DNA of 64,000 nt from Phoronis australis. Taxonomy: Eukaryota > Animalia > Phoronida. This document shows, in pieces, positions 53,301-63,368 of the stretch; position 1 is the stretch's first letter; each line of letters opens with the position of its first letter. The position numbers were made by a program, and so were the translations under genes. The stretch lies in the NCBI GenBank assembly GCA_002633005.1, contig NMRA01000036.1, forward strand, positions 186,001-250,000, written 5' to 3'. The notes beneath the pieces are model-generated. The model saw nothing but the letters and a program-made list of their open reading frames with translations. It was not told the DNA's origin and made no database searches.

Positions 53301-56300
53301 AGATTTGTTCTGGATCATAGTGACAAATATTCCAGAACAACTTATTCCATGTGGTCTGTTTTATGTATAACTGAAGCAAGAATGCACAGGAAGCAAACCT
53401 GACCCATTAGCACAAAATGTTGGTGCCTTGTTAAAACTGTGTACTGATTACCTTGTTAATCAAGGTTTTAGATTCAAAATGTCAACAATTTCACTGTGAT
53501 TTGCAACTGCAAAATTGTTGATTTTAGTTTGAAAAGTATCATTAGTATCCTTTAATTCAACAGTTTAACGGCCATTAGCCAATCACGGTCTACTCATGCA
53601 TCATAATATTGAAGGTGCAAAACATGTTTTTGCCAAATGATGCATTTGTCGATTTGTTTGTTTTCTGAGACAGGGTGTAACACTCATCAGGCAAAGTGCA
53701 GTTACAATCTGATTAATTGGCTTTCATTTTTAGTTCATTTCTGTAAAATATGACACATACCTGTGTTAGGTTTGGCCTAATTGCATTGTAATTCAGTGCA
53801 AGTTAATTTTTTTTTTATTTTGTTATAGAATGCATTCGCAATGAACGGAGACACAGGGGTGATAACTACTAAGTTGCTAATGGATCGTAACAGGGTCGAA
53901 CAGATACAGTTCACAGTAGAAGCCAGGGATGTCAATGCACCCTCTACTGGCATAGTACAGACTGCTACCCGTATGTTGTTCATAATGTGGAAGGGATGCG
54001 GTTTTTTGTTATACGCGAAACAACATTTTTGCCATTGGCATTTTTCTCATTTGTGCACTAATCGTGATTTGAAGCTCTCCATCAAATGATTTTGCATTTA
54101 TCAACATGTCATGAATCTTGAAATCAATCTGAATTTGTGAGTGAACAGTGGGGCAGAAGAATTGTTGGCTACTGGGTGGGGGGAGAATTGACTGCAACTG
54201 GGGGGAACACCACATCATTCGCAATCCACGAAACTCAAACAATCGCCGTCACGAATTGTGATCATCGTATGATCTGCGATGCAACCTCCTTCACCCCCTC
54301 TATGTGCAATGAGTGCTAATTAGTCTCACGGTCAGACTCACCTATGGATATCGTGTCTAATCCTCATTCAGACATGAGTCTCGCAGAGTAAGGTGACTGT
54401 GCTCAGGCCGTTGGTGTCACCAGTTGCAGATGTGCTCTGTTTCAAATCCTGTTTACAATAATTGTATCGTTGCACTGTGTTTACATTGTATCGTTGCACT
54501 GTGTGTATTGGCGCCAGGTCATGACTGGATTGTAAACAGCTTCATAAATTATTGCTTTTTAACTTTATGTAACACCCTCTAAGAGATACAAACTTTGGCT
54601 AACTTTGGAAAATCACATCATTTTTGAGATTTCATCTTGAATATTTAAAACAATGTGGTCAATTTATTGATACCATTGTTTTGGTATGAATATACCATAA
54701 TTATATTTTACTACAAAGGCATGGTCATGTGACCTAATTATTAGCTCACTGGCGTAAAGTCATCATTCTAAATCTACAGGCTTTCTACTTCCACAAGGTG
54801 TCATTGCTTTGCTATGATTATATTTTCTGGAAGTAGAAAGACTGTAGATTTTGTTTTATGACTTTATACCAATAAGTTATTGATTGGGTTACAAGACCAT
54901 GCCTTTGTATTGAAATATTGCACATTCATTGTAAAACAATGATCAACACAGATGAAGTCTGTAACAATAATCTTGAAGATGTTGCACTGATCGATCAGGT
55001 TCCACATATCAAGTGCTAATAAACCCACCTTCCATCACAAAAACAACTTTTGTGTTATACCACCTACTGTTAGGAAATTGATATCAAAATTTTCCTTAGT
55101 CATATGGGAGGCGATGGCTTGTTATTCCTTGAGGCCAGTCACTCTACAAGTTGGCTCGTCATTTTATGCACCGAGCATGGTAAAAAGTAATGAATTGTCA
55201 GTTCTGTGCAAACCCAGAAATAATTTAGGAAGAAGTTCATACCAATTATATAGCAGTATGTACGTCTAAAATTTTTAGCATTATCTATGTTGTGTAACTT
55301 AATATGTTGTACTGCATTTTAACCTGCATTCGTATTTAGTGGAATAGTTGTAGCCTAGCTTTTTTCTGCATGAAATTCTTTACAAGGTACTGTTTTTTTT
55401 TTAATCTACCATTCCAATAATTTTGTAAAAGTGTTCATTAGGAATGTGAGCTTTCAAATTATAACCTCACAATGTCCTGTGTTCTTTCATCGACTGCGGC
55501 AAGTCTTCACCTCACATTAGCTATGACTGTAGTTGTCAATACTATATTTGCTTCATCTTTCAGAGACGGTCAGCATTATGATCTATGAAGTCAGCTCAGG
55601 GGGTGTAGTATTTACACATCCTTCGTGGTCAGTCAGTAACCCGGTAGTCAATCAGTATGTTCAAGAAGAACTCGTTCCCGGCACACCGGTAAGTTTCAAA
55701 GTAATGCTGTTGCCAGTTTGTTTCCTAGCAACTCTTTGGTTACAAAATTTGATGTACAGAGCTTGTAAAATATTTTTTCAAACTTTGAAGAAATTGCTTG
55801 TTGGGCAACGAAGCATTATGTTGTTTAGTTCTGGTTAACATTATTGTTTTGAAAGTTGTTTTAGTAATGCGGTACTGAGCTTGACTCGAGCCATGATAAC
55901 CTGCTAAGTCCCGCCCAAGCCTCCCCCTCCCTCCTCAGGAAGCACATCTGCTCTAAGTACGAAACTAATTGAGATCAGTTTTTTTACTATGAGTGGTCTT
56001 ACTAAAAAATAAGAGTTTGTCACAGTTTCAATATGTCACAGGGAAAAAGGCTGGCTCCATTCACCTCAGTCTGAGACAATATTTTAAATTCATACAAAAT
56101 TTCCCCTGTCAGGCCCAAAATTCCCCTCCACTGATTAAGAAATTTCCGTTCAGTATAGAATGACTTTAAGTTAAAACAGCCCCAGTCCAATTGATGGCAA
56201 CTGTGATTAGGGATTTTCCTCTCACCCACACAAATTTCCCTCTGAATACACAGGCATCTCTGCCCCTGCATGAGGGAGGGCCCTGAGTTACAATGTCTAC

Positions 56301-59300
56301 TTATTACAATTGTCAATTTGATGCAGTTTTTCTGACAGTCTCAGGGAAAACGTGAATGTGTATGGAAAGAAGCAAAAGTTTATGAAAGATTCATTGACGA
56401 AATTCAACATCCTCTGATCCTGGCAGCCAATAGAATGGCTACAAAATGATGCCATAGGGCTAAGCATCAAAGCTGCATTTCACCTGTCTAGCAGGCTATA
56501 AAAAATGTAAATTAAATTTAAACCTTCTATTCTGATCATAAAATCAGTCTCCTAGTATTCCTTGCCACGATGAGAGTCTATTTCCATTACCAACCAATTG
56601 GAAGTAGAATTCTACAGTGGTTAAGAATATTACGATACTGGTTTTATTAAAGACCTAATTTTATTATTTTTCTTTTTAATCAGTTCAACAGGGCAAATAA
56701 AGTATTAATATTACAGTGAATCAAAAGTAGAAAAATTTAGAAGCTTTACACAATGTAAGTTTTAGCAAGTGAAACATGAACTTCTAAAACAAGTAGTGAG
56801 AGAGGGTACAGTCAGAGAAAAATAGACGAGGTCTTGGCTATTATATCACGTGGTGGACAACCAGAGCTTAAGACAAGTCACATTACCATTTGTTGACAGA
56901 GACACCGGTGCCTTGCAACAATGAAACTTTAATCTTCTGCAAATACCTTCTGAAGAGTTGTGTAACATAGTATTGATTCGTTTTAATTATCATTGTAAAT
57001 TGTAGGCATTCTGTTATGAATCTCCAATTTCGGAGACCTTTGAGCTCAATGGATGTGACTTATTCTTACAGCTTTTCACAATGTTGGCCATTGACAATAG
57101 AAAAAGTCAAGCTGTGAACGATTTTACAAAGGTACCAGACTCTGACCCAGAAAACTACTTTTTTCTCAATTCTACCTCAGGTAAGACTACTGATTTATTT
57201 AGATTTTGCATTATTTTAATTCGAATGATAAAACAATTTGTGGTCTGTGATTATTCCTTGGTATAGAACATTATGTTTGATATGACAAAAATGTATATAA
57301 CTTTCTGTTAAGCTTCAGGTTATTAGTAATACATAAAAAACTCTATGTAATGAAATATCGGGTTGAAATAACATTGTGAGAGGGATCTCTCCACATGAAG
57401 CTTAGATCAACGCAATAGTTAGGCAAGTACGAAAATGGGTTCCGTAGATGTTCATCAAATGAGCTCTTCTCCAGTCACCGTCTTTGTCGTTTAAAGTACC
57501 GCAATACTACTGTTATCAAAAAGCCAACACATTTACGCAAGCTAAGTTCCCAGCTAAGACTATACCTGTGTGGGCTTTGTGTTCACCTGTCACTCGATGG
57601 ATGGTACTTCCCAATCAACTCTCATGGAAGAACCCCCAAGTCGTATTGCTTGATGGAGCTCCACTTCATCGATCGAGAAACTTTGATGGGGATGTTGTTT
57701 ACTTTACTCAGGTGAGGATAAATTCTTTTATTGCATTCAATTGACAGGTGTGGTGTCAAACAATAAAATCATGGATTATGAGACGTTCCGAGAGAAGACT
57801 TTCTCGGTGAAGGCACAGTCCACTTATGGAGGGGTAGTGGCGTCTGCCATTACTAAGGTCATTGTGAACCTGCAGGACATCAATGACAATTCACCAGAGT
57901 TTGGTGAGCCCGTACGTATTTAATTTAATTCCTCCTATTTAAATTAGTTTTGGACACAAAAGCTCAAAAATATGTAAATTAGTGCTGTTCAGCACATTTT
58001 TGACACAGATTTTATTCACACACAAAAGGATAATTTTGTTGTGTTTGTTGTATTTGGAACCGTTACTGTAATTGCAGTAGTTTTCAAGGTGTTCTGTATC
58101 TGCTGGAATTGTTTTGCAATTTTTAATGTGCCATTTCATATTGCTAATACGTTACCAGATATAATACTTTTCAACAATTTCTGGGGTTGACTAATCAATT
58201 ATTATATATTATATTTTTCTGTAATTAGCATTGAAAAAGATGTTAAGTTATGAAAACAAGACCATCTAATTGTGTCTCATTGATTTTTGTAAAATGTTTT
58301 TGTATTTTTAGTGTACATTAGCTACGATTAAAATTAGTTTAAAGTGCTGAAAATCACCATTTTCCATGAGTACATTGTTAGAATCAAAGAAAGCAGTGTG
58401 GCCTGATGGGATAAGTGTTCGTTTCATTTGCTCAAGGTCGTGGGTTTGAGTCCCACTGGGGCACACTTCTAGACCCGTGAGTCAGGTCTCGAGCTCCTCA
58501 GCTCAGTTTTAACTGTATAGTGATAAAGCATAACAATGGTTCTAAGTGATTATGCAATGGGCCTACGTGAGCGGCATGAGCACGTCTGGTACAATGTTTA
58601 CCACACGGCCTGCAATTATATAAATTTTAGAAACATTAAAACTTTCTTATAAAACATTGTATATCACAACCGTGAATTCAATATCCAAAAAACAAGAAAA
58701 TAGAAGAAAAGGGACAATCACTTTAGTTAAAGTTTCTGAACTCCACGGACACGAGTGTGACGTATGAACATACCCAGCAGCAGTGTGTCATGTCCACCAA
58801 CATACAGGCTTCTTATACAAACTAATGTGCTATGTCTGCACTTCTCTGATGTGGCGTGAGAAATTGAAAAGTGCCACAGCGTGCTCAAATACCGACTTGT
58901 CACAACTGCCATAAACGTGGCGTCTCAATATTTTATTTATCATACCTTTAACCACGGGAAAACGAGCAACAATATCTGATGACTTTGCACACTAAACACA
59001 ACGGAGAATGACTAATGCTGTGACTGATTGTCCGGATTCTAAGTTTGATGTGTCTACTAATAAATGCTTGTAACTTGAGATCAGTTAAGGAACATATCAC
59101 CAGATGGTGTTTGGGGGTCTTCTAATTTGACGGCTGATGACTGATGGGCTTATTCTTTGGTGTCTTTTATATGAAATTGATGGATTTAAGTATTTTAAGG
59201 ACTTTTTCTTCAGTGTCCATTTCTTCTGTAAGATTTAGTTTAATTTGTTTTGTTTTGTGCTGCCAACGCAAATTTTTGTCGCAATCACATGTACGATATA

Positions 59301-62300
59301 TTGCTTTGTAAAGACCATGTACATCTCAGCAATTCCGGACAAAGCTAATTGCCAAAATAGATTTTTTTAAGTTTTCAAAAGTTTCTGATATTGTTGTGAA
59401 TGCCCACAATTTCTCAAAAAATTGTCTTTTAGTAAATATGTTTATGATATAGAACTTGGTTAAACTATAAACTTGTCTGCCATATTGTGTCCTAAATTGG
59501 TGCAATTTTACCATTGCTGACTGCATTTGATAGTTGGATGTTAGTTTCCAAAATGCTGACTCTGCATGCGTTCTTTCAGTATGGCTACACATTCAGTGTT
59601 CTAGACGAGTCTCGTGGGGGCACTGTTGTTGGTTTGATACAAGCACGGGATAAAGATGGGGGCGGCTCAGCGACCGTGCTCTACACACTGTCGGGAATGA
59701 AGGCAAATCATTTCTACATCAGTCCTGATGTAAGTATAACAGTCTTCACTGGTTGATTCAAGGTTGACACTTAAAACCTGGAAAATGGAAAAATAATTTC
59801 CAGGCATGGAAAACTCCAGACATGACAATTTAGGAAGATTTCGTCCACCGCCTTACTGTTGTTTTAAATGTGTGTGAATGCATAGATTAGGAAGTCTTTT
59901 TGTGAAAAATTCGTGAGACACATGCAATGCGATAATGCTGAAGTCAAATGGCCCACATTGCATTTCAGCAGCATCAAAGATGAAATCTTCCAAATGCAGG
60001 TTTTAGTCCAAAATAATGACAAAAATTTGGTAATTAGCACTTTTGGCACTTATTTTTATCATATTTGCAGAGTTGTGACATTGTAGCTATTCAAAAAACC
60101 AAAGCTTTATATTCAAGAATGTGTAGGCTCTCTTTAATGTTGGCCTTGACGCCTGCCAGTTCATGTTGAACATCTTGTTTCTGTTCATAGTGACTGATGC
60201 TTTTAGTGGGTGGTTATTTGCGTTGGTTATCTTAATGGTGTGTTTTGTTTCAAATGATGATGTTTTGAGGTAAAACAAAACGTTCAGTTAAGTCATTGAA
60301 AACGAAACTTGGGCTCCAGGGGAGTTAGATGAAACCAATTCTTGTAACTTAAACCATGCTTGGTGATACTGATATGCAATAATTACTTCAAGTCTACCCT
60401 TGAAAAGTGGTAGAAAATTAAACTCAGTGTGAGTAGGACCAACCTGTTGACTATGGTTTAAAATGTGTTGATTAATTTGACGCTCGCTACTGACATGAGC
60501 ACTTTCACTGCAGGGATGTAATAATTTTGTGCTAGTATTTTAATGGCAGTCTTGGCAATTGTAGGTGTTTCAAGAATGAACTGGAGACCATTGTAATGAC
60601 CATAACAGGGATGAATTTTTAATACTTCCAAAGTCTAGGAAATGGCTGTATAATTTTATACACCCTCTGCGCAACAATCAACAACACATAAGACACTTAT
60701 CCGTTACAGTTCAATAATCAAACGTAATCTTTGAAAAGATGTCAGAATTTGTGGTTTCCTGGAGCGTACTAAATTTACCGTAATTTCTTTTTAGAATTTT
60801 TAAGATGATTTCCCGCACTCTTAATGAAACTAATATACTGTATATTAAGGAAGACACAACAATAGCAGATAGTGTTTCAATTGTTAGCGCTGACCTGAAC
60901 AAAGCAGCATTGACGTATTCAGTGTTGATTTGTTTCTGCCTAAAATTGGAAAATCTGATCAGGGCAAATTACTCAAGAAAAAGCCGTGTCCAATTTAAAA
61001 AGCCCTTTGGTGTGTGGGTGAAGAGTCAATAGTTGGGATAGCAATTCAATAGTCTTGATGTTGTCGGTTTTAGAGGGGACAATAGGCTGTTTCTGGAAAT
61101 ATTCACCTTCAAGGAAACAAGGTTTGCACACTGTTTACTAGCGATAGTAGTTCTTGGAGCAACAGGCAATACTCACCGCCTGGGTCTACATGTGGGAATA
61201 TCCTCCTGTCTGGGTGGGTATTCGTTGCTGTTATACCCAGTCTAGGGGATCACTGCCACATGTAGGCCCATATGGTGAGTACCACAAGTAAGGGTATCCT
61301 ATGGACTGGGCCTGCCAGCAGAGTGTACCCACCTCCTGGATCTACCAGCTTGGAATACCCCTGGTTAGGTCTGCCAGTGGGAGAATCCACTGGTAGACCT
61401 ACATAGGGGTACTCCTAGCAGGTAGACCCATACAGCGAATACCCTTAGACTAGCTGTTACATAGTCTTTCAGCGTACTTAGTGTGACCAGATATAACTTG
61501 TTTTTTGCATTGATAGCGTCATGGCCGGGTACGTATTTCTCCAAGCATGCATGTATTGATTTTTTATATAATTTAAGGGCGTTCACCTTAATTACCACCT
61601 TTTGTTTTTAGTTATATAAATTAACACTATCATTATTATTCGTATTTGTCTCCTTACTCTTATTGTTGTTTTTAACATCTTAATCCAGTCACTATTTTTC
61701 TATTTTCGTTCAAGTTTGTCTTTAGAAGAATTATTCTTTTTGTCATTGAACCTGTCCAATAGATTTTAGTCGTAATTTTTGTCCCACTGAATTTCTCTAT
61801 CTGTTGTATGGGAATAATAAATTCTTAAGGCTAATAGTGCACACCTTTGAAGACCGGAAAACTGTCTACTTTACACTAATTTAAAGAAGTTTTGGATAAC
61901 TTACTAAGTCATATGTTAAGTAAATTTCAACTAGTGTTTCATTAGAAATATCGGTCTAGTAAAATCTCACCAATTTAGGACACATGGCCAACTAGTGAAG
62001 TTTTATTTTATCATTTTTTGCATGTTGCCCCTTAAGAGTCTTTTCTATGCTCAAGTTTTTCTGTTACCATAGCTACCATCAGATAATGTGTTGAAAGAAT
62101 GTGACTATTTACAACAATGTTAAAAGCATTTGAAAAATGAAAAAGGGCTATTTTGGTAATTATTTTTGTCTGAATTTGGCAAGATTTTACCGTATGTATT
62201 TGTACTGATATTGGCGTGAGAGTCAAATTAAAATGAAATTACATGCTCAGGATTGCTGTATATGCACACTTCACATTGAAACCTACTTCAGCTGCTGCAT

Positions 62301-63368
62301 TCAACTGAACAGTTAGTTATCCTACAGTTGTCAGATAACTGTAGTTGTGAAATAAGTAAAATCAAAGTTTCATTTTGGTGTTGGAACAGTGACTAACTCA
62401 TGCAGCACCCTCCCTTCAACAGCTTCCTTGTGTCTCTTGCAGGGCACGCTTACTGTTGCTGTGGGTAAGGTGATTGACAGAGAACAACATGCCCTTTATA
62501 ACCTCATGGTTCAGGCTGCAGATGGAACCAACTCGGCCACGAACAGAGTCACAACTGTCCCTGTGAGTATATGGATATCAGGCTATGGAAGGTCTGTGAG
62601 GCATGTAATTATATTTGCCTGTTTTCAAAAATAGCCACAGAGTTTGAGTTTTGGTTTGTCTTGTAGGATTATGGACACTGAGTTTTACTGAAAAGTGTAA
62701 TTTCATTTTGTCTATTTTGAAACAAAATGCAATTTTACATTATAGCATGATTTGTGCAGTTCACTCGCCTTTCACCAAACAACATTAGGTATAGTGACCA
62801 TTTCCATCAATGTTGCAACCTTTTCAAAAACAGATTAGTAGTTCAATAAATGAATTTATTTTTGTCTTAGGTCGAAGAATTTATTCCGTCCTGAATAAGT
62901 GGCAGTTTTCCCCAATGCTATGCAGTTAAATTTGTCTCGTGTTTCATCTGGAAGTCAGCCAGTTCCTTGACTAGCAGAAAGCCGTTGCTTTCATTTCACA
63001 TCGTCGTTGATTTCTTTTTATGGAACATTTTGCAATTCCCAGGGAACTTGGATTTAAACTAGCACAGGCGCAAGCGTTTTGCTGTTCGTGTTGTTAGTTT
63101 AAATTGTTTTTCAAAAATAAATGAGCTCAATTTATGCAAATGTGCTTAACAGGACAAATCCTTGGTGGTCTTTTCCAGGTGACTATTCAAGTCACAGACA
63201 TCAATGACAATCCACCTGTGTTTACTTCGAGTGAGTACAGCTTCTACACATTGGAGACGACGTCAGCGGGAACATCCATTGGGGCCGTCCGGGCCACAGA
63301 CAAAGATAAAGACAATAGGTCAGATGGAATCACGTATCAGCTGGACTTAACTTCTGACACCAGCAGAG
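29266..63368 (+). CDS. Gene B: paralogous Cad87A/CDH23-related long cadherin, 5' part (27 coding exons, ~1209 aa, signal peptide + EC1-EC10 + start of EC11; continues beyond window end)
   Basis: Phase-consistent GT-AG exon chain: 29266-29329, 31258-31353, 32608-32741, 33472-33522, 34255-34341, 38054-38182, 39371-39505, 39805-39927, 40642-40720, 41694-41827, 42314-42508, 44962-45126, 46104-46268, 47098-47165, 47823-48060, 49157-49314, 49892-50043, 50936-51114, 51895-52021, 52443-52591, 53829-53970, 55564-55688, 57072-57180, 57748-57911, 59580-59729, 62443-62562, 63179-63368 (3628 nt, no stops). Colinear with gene A domain by domain. Confidence 0.93.
31258..31353 (+). CDS. Gene B coding exon 2 (mature N-terminus)
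   Basis: GSVKSQVNQQPVWIESLKNKLQVEGLKEDTPT. Confidence 0.9.
32282..32510. repeat. Degenerate (CAT)n microsatellite
   Basis: catcatcat arrays; source of the poly-S/H/M ORFs. Confidence 0.92.
32608..32741 (+). CDS. Gene B coding exon 3 (EC1)
   Basis: GTVIGTLLARDPEGETVRYYSASPFFSVEDLTGKVTLIKELNYDV. Confidence 0.9.
33472..33522 (+). CDS. Gene B coding exon 4 (51-nt small exon, EC1)
   Basis: ttttcag|PDPNVEVQFVAIAGGQR|gtagg; fills the F strand otherwise missing from EC1. Confidence 0.78.
34255..34341 (+). CDS. Gene B coding exon 5 (EC1/EC2)
   Basis: IDANYKLIVHDVNDNPPVFYGPFNAAIQE. Confidence 0.88.
34597..35337 (+). mobile_element. Helentron/DINE-1-like non-autonomous element with ~150-bp internal subrepeats, copy 1
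   Basis: gtccatcc start; ttcatgaaatttt; repeated (c/t)tagtggcaatttt blocks (~34822, 34971, 35122, 35259); related sequence at 48370-49130. Family label is from motif memory only. Confidence 0.45.
35519..35748. mobile_element. MITE-like element
   Basis: tcagacaaaatg...ccgtcatgacgactaatta / taattagccgtcataacgg...cattttgtctga inverted arms. Confidence 0.6.
38054..38182 (+). CDS. Gene B coding exon 6 (EC2)
   Basis: GASPGSFVYGNVRVSDLDGGGNNIVDLSCYVTPTDLPYQSRAE. Confidence 0.9.
38714..38783. mobile_element. Short hairpin/MITE-like repeat, copy 2
   Basis: ttttgagaacca...tggttctcaaaa 12-bp inverted repeat; matches 17397-17470. Confidence 0.65.
38950..39323. mobile_element. Degenerate hAT-like MITE
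   Basis: aggtattcatctag ... ctagatgaaggcctg; internal ggcatcca/ggatgccc subterminal motifs. Confidence 0.5.
39371..39505 (+). CDS. Gene B coding exon 7 (EC2)
   Basis: QQLACDTFFINTTRLGSGNYSGSIYLKKSLDYETQKEYRMNIIAR. Confidence 0.9.
39805..39927 (+). CDS. Gene B coding exon 8 (EC2/EC3)
   Basis: DSGTPQLNATVNVLITVIDIQDSGPIITSAGSFSVLENSPR. Confidence 0.9.
40385..40600 (+). mobile_element. Diverged tRNA-derived SINE copy
   Basis: Colinear with 58392-58600 (tgagtca.gtct.gagctc...agct; caatggg...tgagcg). Confidence 0.55.
40642..40720 (+). CDS. Gene B coding exon 9 (EC3)
   Basis: GTFVGIIEAEDQDKGDPRKVRIKLIE. Confidence 0.88.
41694..41827 (+). CDS. Gene B coding exon 10 (EC3)
   Basis: DTKNYFMLDNT...VPIDKEQLLGNYPLKVE. 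Confidence 0.87.
41894..41967. repeat. 37-bp two-copy tandem duplication
   Basis: tgtgaacagtt(c/t)aactcaagctctgaagtg(c/g)ttaaat twice. Confidence 0.85.
42314..42508 (+). CDS. Gene B coding exon 11 (EC3/EC4)
   Basis: AVEIDDKG...QDVNDNKPKFANQSYTATVPEELP...VRDLDS. Confidence 0.92.
43764..44886. mobile_element. ~1.1-kb foldback/CMC(EnSpm)-like non-autonomous DNA transposon
   Basis: Ends cccatacgaaaaag / ctttttcataaggc flanked by aa; ~35-bp perfect inverted block agtgagaatctcactggattccagttagattccag; more than 20 agtgagaat/attctcact subterminal motifs. Confidence 0.8.
44962..45126 (+). CDS. Gene B coding exon 12 (EC4)
   Basis: STYDNFEVGISSQTYPGAF...MDYEVPQYRHQVLK. Confidence 0.88.
46104..46268 (+). 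CDS. Gene B coding exon 13 (EC4/EC5)
   Basis: LYAREKGTTERWETSATVTVNLMDINDNAPKF...IITIR. Confidence 0.92.
47098..47165 (+). CDS. Gene B coding exon 14 (EC5)
   Basis: ATDQDSGVFGEITYSLFKSVEQL; phase 0-2. Confidence 0.88.
47823..48060 (+). CDS. Gene B coding exon 15 (EC5/EC6)
   Basis: FSINSKTGEIRLKNKIDYE...NTNDQDPVF...NVTVH. Confidence 0.92.
48370..49130 (+). mobile_element. Helentron/DINE-1-like element, copy 2 (diverged)
   Basis: gcgtccagcatc..., ttcatgagatttgg, ccctagtggcaatttt as in 34597-35337. Confidence 0.4.
49157..49314 (+). CDS. Gene B coding exon 16 (EC6)
   Basis: AVDPDGHSVTYSI...FQVDPTTGVVRVTRPVKYTETPKG... Confidence 0.9.
49892..50043 (+). CDS. Gene B coding exon 17 (EC6/EC7)
   Basis: FRVVVVATDSGVPSDTGTATVTIRVIDENDNAPYF...EMDPP. 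Confidence 0.92.
50936..51114 (+). CDS. Gene B coding exon 18 (EC7)
   Basis: GTIVVNVSAVDIDAGTNG...IDFDKNNFYRIT. Confidence 0.92.
51651..51754. repeat. Perfect 38-bp inverted repeat with 28-nt spacer (internally deleted MITE)
   Basis: ttactattattaaaatctcttggtctatttacaccgac (51651-51688) is the exact reverse complement of 51717-51754. Confidence 0.92.
51895..52021 (+). CDS. Gene B coding exon 19 (EC7/EC8)
   Basis: VRAVDGGAPQRSASSTISVTITDGNNKKPVFQSPIIREYIPE. Confidence 0.9.
52443..52591 (+). CDS. Gene B coding exon 20 (EC8)
   Basis: NVKVGTSVAKVSATDVDKDSRVRYSI...MFDYT. Confidence 0.9.
53829..53970 (+). CDS. Gene B coding exon 21 (EC8)
   Basis: NAFAMNGDTGVITTKLLMDRNRVEQIQFTVEARDVNA...QTAT. Confidence 0.9.
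54713..54909. repeat. ~80-bp-arm imperfect inverted repeat (foldback/MITE remnant)
   Basis: tacaaaggcatggtc/gaccatgcctttgta perfect; aaatctacaggctttctacttcc/ggaagtagaaagactgtagattt 22 of 23. Confidence 0.85.
55564..55688 (+). CDS. Gene B coding exon 22 (EC8/EC9)
   Basis: QTVSIMIYEVSSGGVVFTHPSWSVSNPVVNQYVQEELVPGTP. Confidence 0.85.
57072..57180 (+). CDS. Gene B coding exon 23 (EC9)
   Basis: LFTMLAIDNRKSQAVNDFTKVPDSDPENYFFLNSTS. Confidence 0.87.
57748..57911 (+). CDS. Gene B coding exon 24 (EC9)
   Basis: GVVSNNKIMDYETFREKTF...LQDINDNSPEFGEP. Confidence 0.88.
58392..58600 (+). mobile_element. tRNA-derived SINE
   Basis: A-box tggcctgatgg and B-box ggtttgagtccc with tRNA-like spacing; no intact cloverleaf; related copy at 40385. 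Confidence 0.65.
59580..59729 (+). CDS. Gene B coding exon 25 (EC10)
   Basis: YGYTFSVLDESRGGTVVGLIQARDKDGGG...HFYISPD. Confidence 0.9.
62443..62562 (+). CDS. Gene B coding exon 26 (EC10)
   Basis: GTLTVAVGKVIDREQHALYNLMVQAADGTNSATNRVTTVP. Confidence 0.9.
63179..63368 (+). CDS. Gene B coding exon 27 (EC10/EC11)
   Basis: VTIQVTDINDNPPVFTSSEYSFYTLE...VRATDKDKD...DTSR. Confidence 0.92.

Noticed and set aside
57484-57744. 86-aa ORF with a gtgag donor just upstream of exon 24
   Set aside because: No cadherin motifs, the donor is only ~36 nt from the next acceptor, and the chain is complete without it; unrecognised, possibly TE debris
58392-58465. tRNA gene
   Set aside because: A/B boxes are present but the acceptor and anticodon stems do not pair, and it continues into a body shared with 40385, so it is a SINE
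61060-61450. GC-richer block with gggtctac/gtagaccc and taccc sub-repeats
   Set aside because: Probably a repeat remnant, but the inverted motifs do not nest and no ends could be defined
90-63368. Clustered-protocadherin-style variable exon array, or assignment as Fat/Dachsous or as CDH23 and PCDH15 themselves
   Set aside because: Exons are small and form just two continuous ORFs with no duplicated alternative exons; neither N-terminus has the PCDH15 Cys pair; exact orthology needs a phylogeny, so no gene symbol is given
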